Shown here piece by piece: positions 9,606-18,429 of a DNA stretch of 64,000 nt. Location: the NCBI GenBank assembly GCA_037439785.1, contig JBBIVJ010000008.1, positions 44,686 through 108,685 of the forward strand, written 5' to 3'. The stretch's first letter is position 1, and every line of letters starts with the position of its first letter. Under the pieces are notes generated by a model. It was not told the DNA's origin and ran no database searches. It saw only the letters and a program-made list of their open reading frames with translations. The position numbers and the translations under genes were made by a program. The DNA is from Verrucomicrobiales bacterium (GTDB lineage Bacteria > Verrucomicrobiota > Verrucomicrobiia > Limisphaerales > J093).

Positions 9606-10342
9606 GGCAGGGCCGGCCGGGCCACCGCCAGCAGGCTCTGGCCGAAGGGCGGGGCGCACAGGCGGTGCTCGAGGGTGTGGACCCAGGGGAAGATCATCCG
9701 GTCGAAGAACCGCACGCCGGCCAGGTCGAAGTGGCGCCGGCGCAGGAGGCGGAAGTTCAGCCACCAGGCGAAGTAGCCGGCGCAGTTGTAGTAGCGGAGG
9801 CGTTCGACGCGAAAGCCGGCCGCCTCGAGCCGCGCCCGCAGGCCGGGCCGGGTGTAGCGGCGAAAGTGACCGAAGTCGCGGTCAATCGGGGCGTACAGTT
9901 CCGGCCGCGCGGGCACGAACAAGCAGAGCGCGCCGCGGCGGGGGGCCAGCAGGTCGTGGTAGGTGCGCAGTTCGGCGGCGTCGTCGGGGATGTGCTCGAG
10001 CACGTTCACACTCAGCAGCGCGTCCCACTGGCGGTCCTCGCCCAGGCCGGCGGCGGTGCCGCAGACCACGCGCTGGCCGGGCAGGCGGGCGCGCAGCCGG
10101 GCGCAGAAGCGGGGTTCGGGTTCGACGGCCACGACCTCGCGCACGCCGGGGTGGGAGCGGAGTTCGGCGGTGACCTGGCCGATGCCGGCGCCGACCTCGA
10201 GCACGCGGCCGGCGAGGTCGGGGCCGAACTCGCGCAGCAGCCGGGCGCGGTAATGACGTGCCTGGTCCAGCGCGGCGAACTCGAAGTCCTCGGTCTGGGC
10301 GGCGGCGTTGGGCAGGGGGACGGGCGCAGGCGGGAGGCTCAT
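9602..10342 (-). CDS. Class I SAM-dependent methyltransferase
   Basis: VLEVGAGIG, NVLEHIPDD, FVPA...Y..ID..FGHFRRY; 4-nt overlaps with both neighbours. Confidence 0.88.
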   Translation of the reverse strand: MSLPPAPVPLPNAAAQTEDFEFAALDQARHYRARLLREFGPDLAGRVLEVGAGIGQVTAELRSHPGVREVVAVEPEPRFCARLRARLPGQRVVCGTAAGLGEDRQWDALLSVNVLEHIPDDAAELRTYHDLLAPRRGALCLFVPARPELYAPIDRDFGHFRRYTRPGLRARLEAAGFRVERLRYYNCAGYFAWWLNFRLLRRRHFDLAGVRFFDRMIFPWVHTLEHRLCAPPFGQSLLAVARPALP

Positions 10343-11067
10343 GCGAGCGGTTTGAGGCGGTACTTGGCAATGCACCAGAGGGCGCGGAGGGCGTCCTTCC
10401 AGCCGATTTTTTTGCCCTCGGCGTAGGTGCGGCCGTGGTAGGAGATGGGCACCTCGTAGATGCGCACGCCCAGGCGGGCGACCTTGGCGGTGATTTCGGG
10501 CTCGAAGCCGAAGCGGTTTTCCTCGACGGCGAGGCGGCTGAGGACCTCGCGGCGGAAGACCTTGTAGCAGGTCTCCATGTCGGTGAGGTTGAGGTTGGTG
10601 GTCATGTTGGAGAGCAGGGTGAGGCACTTGTTGGCCACGGCGTGCCAGAAGTACAGCACCCGGTGCGGGCCGTTGCCCAGGAAGCGGGAGCCGAAGACCA
10701 CGTCGGCCTTGCCGGCCAGGATGGGCGCCAGCAGGTGGCAGTATTCGGCCGGGTCGTACTCGAGATCGGCGTCCTGGACAATGACGATGGGGGCGGTGAC
10801 GTGGGCGAAGCCGGTGCGCAGGGCGGCGCCCTTGCCCTGGTTGACGGCGTGGTGCAGCACCCGCAGGCGCGGCTCGCCGTCGGTCAGCCGCTCGAGCACC
10901 TCGCGGGTGCCGTCAGTGGAGGCGTCGTTGACCACCACCAGTTCCTGCACCGGCCGCTGGGCCAGGACGGTGCGGATGACCTCGGCGACGGTGGCGGCCT
11001 CGTTGTACACCGGCATGACCACCCCCAGGCAGGGGGCGATGTCGGCGTTGGACTTGAATTCCAGCAT
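10339..11067 (-). CDS. Glycosyltransferase family 2 (DPM1/polyprenol-phosphate glycosyltransferase-like)
   Basis: MPVYNE, VNDASTDGT, NQGKGAALR, QDADLEYDP, DMETCYK, FGFEPE, EGKKIGWKD. Confidence 0.93.
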   Translation of the reverse strand: MLEFKSNADIAPCLGVVMPVYNEAATVAEVIRTVLAQRPVQELVVVNDASTDGTREVLERLTDGEPRLRVLHHAVNQGKGAALRTGFAHVTAPIVIVQDADLEYDPAEYCHLLAPILAGKADVVFGSRFLGNGPHRVLYFWHAVANKCLTLLSNMTTNLNLTDMETCYKVFRREVLSRLAVEENRFGFEPEITAKVARLGVRIYEVPISYHGRTYAEGKKIGWKDALRALWCIAKYRLKPLA

Positions 11068-11194
11068 GGTCAGGCGGCGGCAGCCTAGGGCAGACGGGCG
11101 GCGGCGGCGAGTGCGAAGCCGGCGCGGGGCCGACCGGGCATTCCCGGCTGGCGGGGGGCGGGAATCGCACTAAGCTACGGGGCGTTTTGCGCGC

Positions 11195-12631
11195 ATGAAG
11201 GACATTCCGCATCTGCCGGCCCTGCGGCTGGGCCGGCCTTACCAGAGCCTGGAGCAGATCGAGGTCCGGGACCACCGCACCGGCGAGGTCAGGGCCCGCG
11301 TCTCCCAGGTCAACGGCGGTCTGGTGCGCCGGGACCTGGCGAAGCTGGCCGCCTGCCGCGCGGCCCTGAAGCCGTTCCGCGTGGCGCAGATCATCGAGCT
11401 GTCGCGCCAGGCGGGGGAGCTGTTTCTGCACGGGACGCTGCCGCTGGGGGACGGCGGCCACACCCAGACGCCGGATGAGTACGTGGCCACACTCAGCGTC
11501 ACCAGCGGGCTGCCGCACGTGATGGTGCGGCGGAACATGGCCAAGATTCACGACGCGCTGACGCACCTGGACACGGTGCTCAACGGCCTGTCGCGGGGGC
11601 TGGACCTGTCGCTGCTGGACCGGGGCTGGGGCGAGCAGTTCGGGACGCGGCTGAGTTTTGTGCCCACCGCGCGGGCGCTGGGGCTGGTGATGCCGAGCAA
11701 TTCGCCGGCGGTGAACTCGCTCTGGCTGCCGGCCATTGCCCTCAAGACGCCGGTGGTCCTCAAACCGGGGCGGGAGGAGCCGTGGACGCCGTACCGGCTG
11801 ATCCAGGCGTTTGTGGCGGCGGGCGTGCCGGCCGAGGCCTTTGGGTTTTATCCCACCGACCATGACGGGGCGGCCAGCATCCTCACCCAGTGCGGCCGGG
11901 CGCTGCTGTTTGGGGACCAGGCCACCACCGCGGCCTACGCGAACAACCCGGCCATCCAGTTGCACGGGCCGGGCTGGAGCAAGATTCTCATTGGGGAGGA
12001 TTGCATCGGGCAGTGGCCGGAGTACCTGGATGTGCTGGTGGCCTCGATCAGCGACAACGGCGGCCGTTCCTGCATCAACGCCAGCGCGGTGGTGGTCCCG
12101 CGGTGCGGGGCGGAGATTGCCGACGCCCTGGCGCGGGCGCTGGGACCGGTCGCCCCCACCCGGCCGGAGGACCCGGGGGCGCGGCTCAGCGGCTTCGCCA
12201 ATCCGCGGATGGCGGAGTTCATTGACGCGCAGATCGAGGAGGGCCTGAAGACGCCCGGCGCGGAGGAGGTGACGGCGCGCTATCGCGGGGGGCCGCGCAA
12301 GGTCGAGTTCGAGGGCGGGGTGTACCTGCGGCCGACCATTGTGCGGTGCGATTCGTTCGATCACCCGCTGGCCAACCGGGAGTTTTTGTTCCCCTACGCC
12401 AGCGTGGTCGAGGTGCCGCAACGGGAGATGCTGGCGCGGATCGGCCCCACCCTGGCCTGCACCGCCATTACCCGGGCCCCGGAGTTCCTGGCCGAACTGG
12501 AGGAGTTTCCGGACATCGAGCGGTTGAACATCGGGCCGGTGCCCACGCTGAAGGTGTCCTGGGACCAGCCCCACGAGGGGAACCTCTTCGAGTTCCTGTG
12601 GAAACGCCGCGCCATCGAGCGGGCGTGGTGA
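11195..12631 (+). CDS. Aldehyde dehydrogenase-superfamily protein (atypical; acyl/aryl reductase-like)
   Basis: MPSNSP, VVLKP, GRSCINAS (catalytic Cys), EFLFP; HGPGWSK in place of ELGGK. Confidence 0.82.
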   Translation: MKDIPHLPALRLGRPYQSLEQIEVRDHRTGEVRARVSQVNGGLVRRDLAKLAACRAALKPFRVAQIIELSRQAGELFLHGTLPLGDGGHTQTPDEYVATLSVTSGLPHVMVRRNMAKIHDALTHLDTVLNGLSRGLDLSLLDRGWGEQFGTRLSFVPTARALGLVMPSNSPAVNSLWLPAIALKTPVVLKPGREEPWTPYRLIQAFVAAGVPAEAFGFYPTDHDGAASILTQCGRALLFGDQATTAAYANNPAIQLHGPGWSKILIGEDCIGQWPEYLDVLVASISDNGGRSCINASAVVVPRCGAEIADALARALGPVAPTRPEDPGARLSGFANPRMAEFIDAQIEEGLKTPGAEEVTARYRGGPRKVEFEGGVYLRPTIVRCDSFDHPLANREFLFPYASVVEVPQREMLARIGPTLACTAITRAPEFLAELEEFPDIERLNIGPVPTLKVSWDQPHEGNLFEFLWKRRAIERAW

Positions 12632-12658
12632 AGGTGGGCGAGCCGGGGGGCCGGCCGT

Positions 12659-13963
12659 TCAAGCCCCCGGGGGGTGGGAGGGGGAGGCAGTGCCGGTCCA
12701 GCGCGGCAGCAGGAGGTAGAAGGTGGTCCCCTGACCGGGTTGGGTGTGAACCAGCAGGGCGCCGCGGTTGAGCAGGAGCAGCCGCTTCACAAAGCTCAGG
12801 CCCAGGCCGCGGCGGCGGGTGCCTTCGGCGGCGGGCGAACGCGGTTCCAGCAGTCGTTCCAGCACGTCCTGGGGCAGGCCGGGGCCGCCGTCGGCCACGC
12901 GGAATCCCACGAGCGGGCCGGCAGGGTCGAAATCGGCCGCACGCAGCAGGCGGCCGGTGTCCACGCGGGCGGTGTGGAGGGCGACGTCGAGGTGGTTGAG
13001 CAGGAGCGCGCCGACGTGGACGGTGGCGCCGGAGGCGGAGGCCTGGAGGGCGTTGAGGGCCAGATTCAGGAGCATCTGAATCACGTCCGTGCCGTGGGCG
13101 CGGAGGTCCTGGTCCTCGGGCAGGAAGCTGTAGGTGACGCGGCGGTCGTTGAGGGAGGGATAGGCCTGGAGCAGTTCGCGCAGGTCGAGCAGGAGTCGGT
13201 TGGCGCTGGCGCGGGAGGTTTCGACGCGGCTCTGGCGCAGCAGGCCCAGGTACCGCTGGACCACCTCGGTGACGTTGTCGGCCTGCCGGGCCACGACCTG
13301 GAGCCGTTCGCTGAACGACTGCATGGCCGGTCCTTCGAGCACGGGCAGGGAGCGCAGTTGGCGGGTCAGCAGGGAGGTCAGGCCGACAATGACGGTCAGG
13401 GGCTTGTTGATGTCATGGAGCACGCCGCTGTAAATCTCGGTCTGGGCGGTGAGGCGTTCCTCGCGGCGGCGCAGTTCGTCCAGTTCGCGCTGGAGAGCCT
13501 GGGCCTCGGCCAGGGTGGCCTTGCGGCGTTCGGCCTCGATGCGGCGCTCCATGAGGCGGGCCACGGCAGCGCGGAGGGTTACCAGGTCGCACGGCTTGGC
13601 CAGGTATTCCGCCGCACCGAGCCGCAGGGCGTCCTGGGCCGATTCCAGGGCGGCATAGCCGGTGAAGAGCATGATCTCGATGTCCGGGTCGTGGAGCTTG
13701 ATGCGTTCGAGGGTTTCGATGCCGGACATGCCCGGCATGCTGATGTCCAGCACCGCGGCATCCACGTGCTCCCGCGCCACCAGGTCCAGGGCGGTGTAGC
13801 CGTCGCTGGCCAGCAGCACGCGGTAGTCGTTCTCGAAGATGTGGCGCAGGGCCTCCCGTGGCCCTTCCTCGTCATCCACGATCAGGAGGGTGCGCCGGGA
13901 AAAGGATTCATGCTCCGAAAGGTCGGTGGGCTGGTGAGGGTCGTTCATGCGAATGGAGACCAT
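12659..13963 (-). CDS. Hybrid response-regulator/sensor histidine kinase (REC-HisKA-HATPase)
   Basis: LIVDDE, LDISMPGMSG, YLAKP; HDINKPL, NLALNA, DGGPG, GLGL, GQGTTF; TACACT 6 nt before ATG. Confidence 0.9.
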   Translation of the reverse strand: MVSIRMNDPHQPTDLSEHESFSRRTLLIVDDEEGPREALRHIFENDYRVLLASDGYTALDLVAREHVDAAVLDISMPGMSGIETLERIKLHDPDIEIMLFTGYAALESAQDALRLGAAEYLAKPCDLVTLRAAVARLMERRIEAERRKATLAEAQALQRELDELRRREERLTAQTEIYSGVLHDINKPLTVIVGLTSLLTRQLRSLPVLEGPAMQSFSERLQVVARQADNVTEVVQRYLGLLRQSRVETSRASANRLLLDLRELLQAYPSLNDRRVTYSFLPEDQDLRAHGTDVIQMLLNLALNALQASASGATVHVGALLLNHLDVALHTARVDTGRLLRAADFDPAGPLVGFRVADGGPGLPQDVLERLLEPRSPAAEGTRRRGLGLSFVKRLLLLNRGALLVHTQPGQGTTFYLLLPRWTGTASPSHPPGA

Positions 13964-14300
13964 GGCCGGAGTGTACCGGGTCGCCGGGCCAAACTAAAGC
14001 CGGATTCTGACTAACGAAAATAACCCACCCTGGGAAGTGCGATTTTTTCCAGGCCGGCGGGGCTGCAGGCGTGGGCAGCGGCGCGTGTCCAGTATTTGAA
14101 CAAACCCGCCGCCGCTGCTGGGGGACATGGTGCAGGGCGGGGTGGCGGTGGGAGACAGTCCGGGGGGGCCCTGGCAGGGCCCGGCGCGGGGGGCGTTGGC
14201 GCCAGGGGGTCGGGTGGGGCGAGAAGTTTTGTTGGCGGGCGCGGGGTTTTGGCTTACAACGCCGCCTTCACGGCACACCAGCGAGACAGCACAACACACC

Positions 14301-16394
14301 ATGAAAGAGTACGCACCGGGTGATCTTCGGAACTTCGCCCTCGTGGGGCACGCCACCTGCGGCAAGACCATGCTCAGCGAGTGCATGTTGGTTTGCAGCG
14401 GGGTGGTGGGGCGGTTGGGGAGCGTGGCCGCCGGCACCACCGTGTCTGATTACCACGAGAGCGAGCAGAAGCGGCAGATTTCCATCCAGACCTCACTGCT
14501 GCACACCGAGTGGCTGGGACGGAAGTTCAACCTGCTCGATACCCCCGGCTACCAGGATTTTCAGAGCGAGGCCCTGTCGGCGCTGCGGGTCAGTGATTTT
14601 GCCGTGCTGGTGGTGCACGCGGTGGACGGGGTGGGGCTGGGCGCCACCCAGGTGGCGCGCCACGCCGAGGAGTTCGGCATCCCCAAGGTCATTGTGGTCA
14701 ACATGGTGGACAAGGAGCACGCGAACTTTGACGCTGTGCTGGCCGACCTGCGGGAGCGGTTCGGCTCGAAGGTCATCCCCCTGGCCCTGCCGGTGGACCC
14801 TGGTCCCGGCTTTCACCGCGTGGTGGACGTGATGCGCACCGAGTTCATCACCTACACCACCGATGGCTCGGGCAAGTACTCCGAGGCGCCGGCGGAGGGG
14901 GAGTGGGCGGAACGGGCCCGCGCCCTGCACCAGGAGTTGATCGAGCACATCGCGGAGGCGGACGACCAGTTGATGGAGAAGTTTTTCGAGCAGGGCGGCC
15001 TGACCGAGGACCAGTTGCGCGCCGGTGTCCACGCGGCGTTCCAGAAGCGCGAAATCATCCCCGTCTTCTGCACCGCGGCCGAGCACAACATCGGCGTCGC
15101 CCGCCTGATGGACTTCCTGGCCAAGTACGGCTCCTCGCCGCTGGACCGGCCGACGGTGGTGGGCCGGGACACCAACGACCAGCCGGTGGAAGTTCACCTG
15201 ACCGACCCGCACACCGTGGCCTTCGTCTTCAAGACCATGAACGAGGCCCACATCGGCGAGGTGTCCTTCCTCCGCGTCTATGCGGGTACCGTGCGGTTCG
15301 GCATGGACCAGTTCAACCCCCACCGCCACACCACCGAGCGCATCGGCCAGTTGTCCCTGCTCAACGGCAAGACCCGCGAGGCCGTGCCGGCCCTGGGCCC
15401 CGGCGACCTCGGCGTCACCGTCAAGCTCAAGAACACCCGCACCGGGGACACCTTGTGCTCCCCCGGCCTGCACGTGCGGCTGCCCCAGGTCAGCTTCCCC
15501 CGGCCCAACATCCACGCCGCCCTCCGGCTCAAATCCAAGGGCGAGGAGGACAAGGTGGCCCAGGGCCTGGCGGCCCTGGCCAACGAGGACCCAACCTTCC
15601 ATTACACGGTGGACGCCGAGCTGCACCAGACCGTGCTGTCCGGCCAGGGCGAATTGCACCTGCAGGTCGTCTCCGAACGGCTGCGCGCCCGCTACAAGGT
15701 GGACTTCGACCTGGTGGCGCCGCGCATCCGCTTCCGCGAAACCATCAAGACCCGCGGCGAGGCCAAGTACCGCCACAAGAAGCAGACCGGCGGCGCCGGC
15801 CAGTTTGCCGAGGTCTGGTTGCGCCTCGAGCCGCTGCCCCGCGGCTCCGGCGTGGTCTTCACCGAAAGCCTGGTCGGCCAGAACGTGGACCGCGTCTTCG
15901 TCCCGTCCGTTGAAAAGGGCGTCAATGCCGCCTGCAACGAGGGCATCCTGGCCGGCTACCGCGTCGTGGACGTGAAGATTGATTTCTACGACGGCAAGAT
16001 GCACCCGGTGGACTCGAAGGACGTGGCGTTCCAGATCGCCGGCAAGGAGGCCTTCCGCGAGGCCTTCCTGGCCTCGCGCCCCTGCCTGCTGGAGCCCATT
16101 CACCGCATCGAGGTCAAGGTGCCCTCCGACGCCATGGGCGCGGTGATCGGCGATCTCTCCAGCCGGCGGGGCAAGATTCTGGACATGGACGCCGACGGCA
16201 GCTTCCAGATCGTCAAGGCCTTCGTGCCGGCCATGGAGTTGTACCAGTACTCGACCGTCCTGCGGTCCCTCACCGGCGGCCGCGCCGCCCACACCGAGGA
16301 GTTCGACCACTACGAGGAAATGCCCAGGGAACTCGAGGCCAAGGTCATTGGCGAGGCGAAGAAGTTGAAGGAGGAGCAGCACGCCGCCGGCTGA
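14301..16394 (+). CDS. fusA: Elongation factor G paralog (EF-G2 type)
   Basis: RNFALVGH..CGKT, DTPG, EDPTF, GQGELHL, KKQTGGAGQF, GKMHPVDS, LLEPI, DLSSRRG; not in an str operon. Confidence 0.9.
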   Translation: MKEYAPGDLRNFALVGHATCGKTMLSECMLVCSGVVGRLGSVAAGTTVSDYHESEQKRQISIQTSLLHTEWLGRKFNLLDTPGYQDFQSEALSALRVSDFAVLVVHAVDGVGLGATQVARHAEEFGIPKVIVVNMVDKEHANFDAVLADLRERFGSKVIPLALPVDPGPGFHRVVDVMRTEFITYTTDGSGKYSEAPAEGEWAERARALHQELIEHIAEADDQLMEKFFEQGGLTEDQLRAGVHAAFQKREIIPVFCTAAEHNIGVARLMDFLAKYGSSPLDRPTVVGRDTNDQPVEVHLTDPHTVAFVFKTMNEAHIGEVSFLRVYAGTVRFGMDQFNPHRHTTERIGQLSLLNGKTREAVPALGPGDLGVTVKLKNTRTGDTLCSPGLHVRLPQVSFPRPNIHAALRLKSKGEEDKVAQGLAALANEDPTFHYTVDAELHQTVLSGQGELHLQVVSERLRARYKVDFDLVAPRIRFRETIKTRGEAKYRHKKQTGGAGQFAEVWLRLEPLPRGSGVVFTESLVGQNVDRVFVPSVEKGVNAACNEGILAGYRVVDVKIDFYDGKMHPVDSKDVAFQIAGKEAFREAFLASRPCLLEPIHRIEVKVPSDAMGAVIGDLSSRRGKILDMDADGSFQIVKAFVPAMELYQYSTVLRSLTGGRAAHTEEFDHYEEMPRELEAKVIGEAKKLKEEQHAAG

Positions 16395-16543
16395 GCCCGC
16401 CGGGGCCTGCGCCCACCGTGGATTTCCAACTTGCCTTGCGCGGCCCGGTTCCGGACCATGCAGGGGACGGCTGAACGCCCGGCCGGCCGGGGGTGTGCCC
16501 GGCGGCGGTGCCTGGTCGTCCCGCTCCCCTGGGGAGTTTTGCC

Positions 16544-17842
16544 ATGAAGACACGTCGCCCAACAAACGCAGCCGCAAAACGACCCGGAATCACCCGCTTC
16601 CCGGCCGCCCGACCCGCCGGGGCCTGGACGGCCCTGACCGCGGCGGGGGTGTTGACCGGCCCTGCCGGACAGGCGCTGGAAGTGCGGGACCTGCTGGCCT
16701 TCAACGTGGGACCGGTCGTCGTCAAGCCCCGCCTGAGCCTGGCCGCCAGCTACAGCGACAACGTGTACTCGCTGCCGGCCGGCACGATTTTCGAGGACCT
16801 GGGGTTGATCCGGAGTCGGGACGACTTCTTTTTCATGATCGGCCCCGAACTGCGGGCACGGCTGGGCCGCGAGGGGGGGGATCGCCAAATTGATTTCGCC
16901 TACCGGTTCGACCAGACCTTGTTCGTGGAGAACACCGACTCGGATTCCTCCAACCATTCCTTCAGCCTGGGGGGCAGCGTGGCCGTCGGCCGCATCGAGT
17001 ATGACACCCGTAACTCGATCAGCCTCATGAACAGCGTCCTCAGCGGCTACGAGGCCACCCTCGAAGGGGTCCTGGCTCCCAGCGGCAACGTGGAACGCAA
17101 CAGCTACAGCACCAGCCACACCGTGACCTACGCCTTGTCGGCCAAAGGCCGCGTGCGGCTGGAGGGCTCGCTTACCCACCGCGAGTACCCCGGCCGCGAC
17201 ATCGAGCAGCGGCGGTTTGTGGATTCGACCGACTGGCGGTTGCGGGCCGGGTACGATTACGCCTACAGCCAGAAACTGCGGTTTGCGGTCCTGGGCCACT
17301 ACGGCCAGCAACTGCGCAGTTCAGCCGAAGGGTTCTCCAACTTATCCGATGCAGACATCTACGGCGGCTCGGTCACCGCCAGCGGCAGCTTCACCCCCAA
17401 ATTGTCGGGCAACGTCCGCGTCGGCTACGAGTTCCGTGACTTCCAGCAGGACGGCGGTTCGGACGGCTACCCGCTGGTTGGTGTGGGCCTCACGCAGCAG
17501 TTTTCGGAAAAGACCTCCGTCTCCCTGAACTACAACCGCTCCGGCAGCGTCTCGGCCTCGACCGGCGGGGGAACGGTGACCGACTCGGTGGGGCTGGGCT
17601 TCCAGCAGGTGCTGGGGGGCGGCCGCCCGTGGTTTTTGAACGCCGGCATCTACTACCTGCACACCGACTACACCGAAGGGGACCGGCGGTCGGAAAACTT
17701 CCGCTTCACCGTGGGGCTGGCTTACCAGTTGCGCCAGTGGGCTTCCGCGTTTATCAACTACAGCTTTGAAACCGGCGAGCGGGTCCAGGGCTTCGAGTAC
17801 GAAGTCAACCAGGTCATGCTCGGCCTGAGCCTAGGTTTGTGA
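16544..17842 (+). CDS. Exopolysaccharide-associated outer-membrane beta-barrel protein
   Basis: Signal-like N terminus, YSDNVY, amphipathic strands, C-terminal YEVNQVMLGLSLGL; overlaps wza. Confidence 0.75.
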   Translation: MKTRRPTNAAAKRPGITRFPAARPAGAWTALTAAGVLTGPAGQALEVRDLLAFNVGPVVVKPRLSLAASYSDNVYSLPAGTIFEDLGLIRSRDDFFFMIGPELRARLGREGGDRQIDFAYRFDQTLFVENTDSDSSNHSFSLGGSVAVGRIEYDTRNSISLMNSVLSGYEATLEGVLAPSGNVERNSYSTSHTVTYALSAKGRVRLEGSLTHREYPGRDIEQRRFVDSTDWRLRAGYDYAYSQKLRFAVLGHYGQQLRSSAEGFSNLSDADIYGGSVTASGSFTPKLSGNVRVGYEFRDFQQDGGSDGYPLVGVGLTQQFSEKTSVSLNYNRSGSVSASTGGGTVTDSVGLGFQQVLGGGRPWFLNAGIYYLHTDYTEGDRRSENFRFTVGLAYQLRQWASAFINYSFETGERVQGFEYEVNQVMLGLSLGL

Positions 17843-18426
17843 TGATGAAGAGCCGAATCGCCCCCTGGCTGGCCGCCGCCTCTCTGGCGGTCAGTGCGTG
17901 GGCACAATCGGGTGCCGCGCCGGCCCCCGCGGCCGGGGGAGACCGCCCGATCGCCCCGCAGGACCTCCTGAACATCGTCATCGTGGGCGAGGCGGGCCTG
18001 CCCGGTGACTACCGCGTCTCGGCCAGCGGGGACATTCAGTTTCCCTTCCTGGGGATGGTGCGGGCGGCGGGATTGACCCCGCGCGAGCTGTCCCGTCACC
18101 TCGAGGCGGAGTTGTCCCGGGATTACTTCGTCAAACCCGAGGTCCTGGTCTCCGTCAAGGAGTACCGCGTGGACTACGTCATCGTCATCGGCCAGGTGAA
18201 CCGCCCCGGCAACCTGCCGCTCTCGCCGGAGCAACGGATGGACATCCTGGACGCGATTGCCCGGGCCGGCGGTCTGACCCGCCTGGCCAAGAACGAGGTC
18301 GAATTCATCCGCGACGGCAAACGGGAGAAGCTTTCGCTGGACCGGCTCAAAAAGGAAAGCGATCCGGCCAAGAAAATCTGGCTCCGACCGGGGGACATTC
18401 TCGAGGTCAAAGAATCGGTGTTCTGA
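17839..18426 (+). CDS. wza: Polysaccharide export protein (Wza/Poly_export plus SLBB)
   Basis: IAPQDLLNI.IVGE, SGDIQFPFLG.VRAAGLT, GQVNRPG, AIARAGG, LRPGDILEV. Confidence 0.88.
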   Translation: MMMKSRIAPWLAAASLAVSAWAQSGAAPAPAAGGDRPIAPQDLLNIVIVGEAGLPGDYRVSASGDIQFPFLGMVRAAGLTPRELSRHLEAELSRDYFVKPEVLVSVKEYRVDYVIVIGQVNRPGNLPLSPEQRMDILDAIARAGGLTRLAKNEVEFIRDGKREKLSLDRLKKESDPAKKIWLRPGDILEVKESVF

Positions 18427-18429
18427 GTT

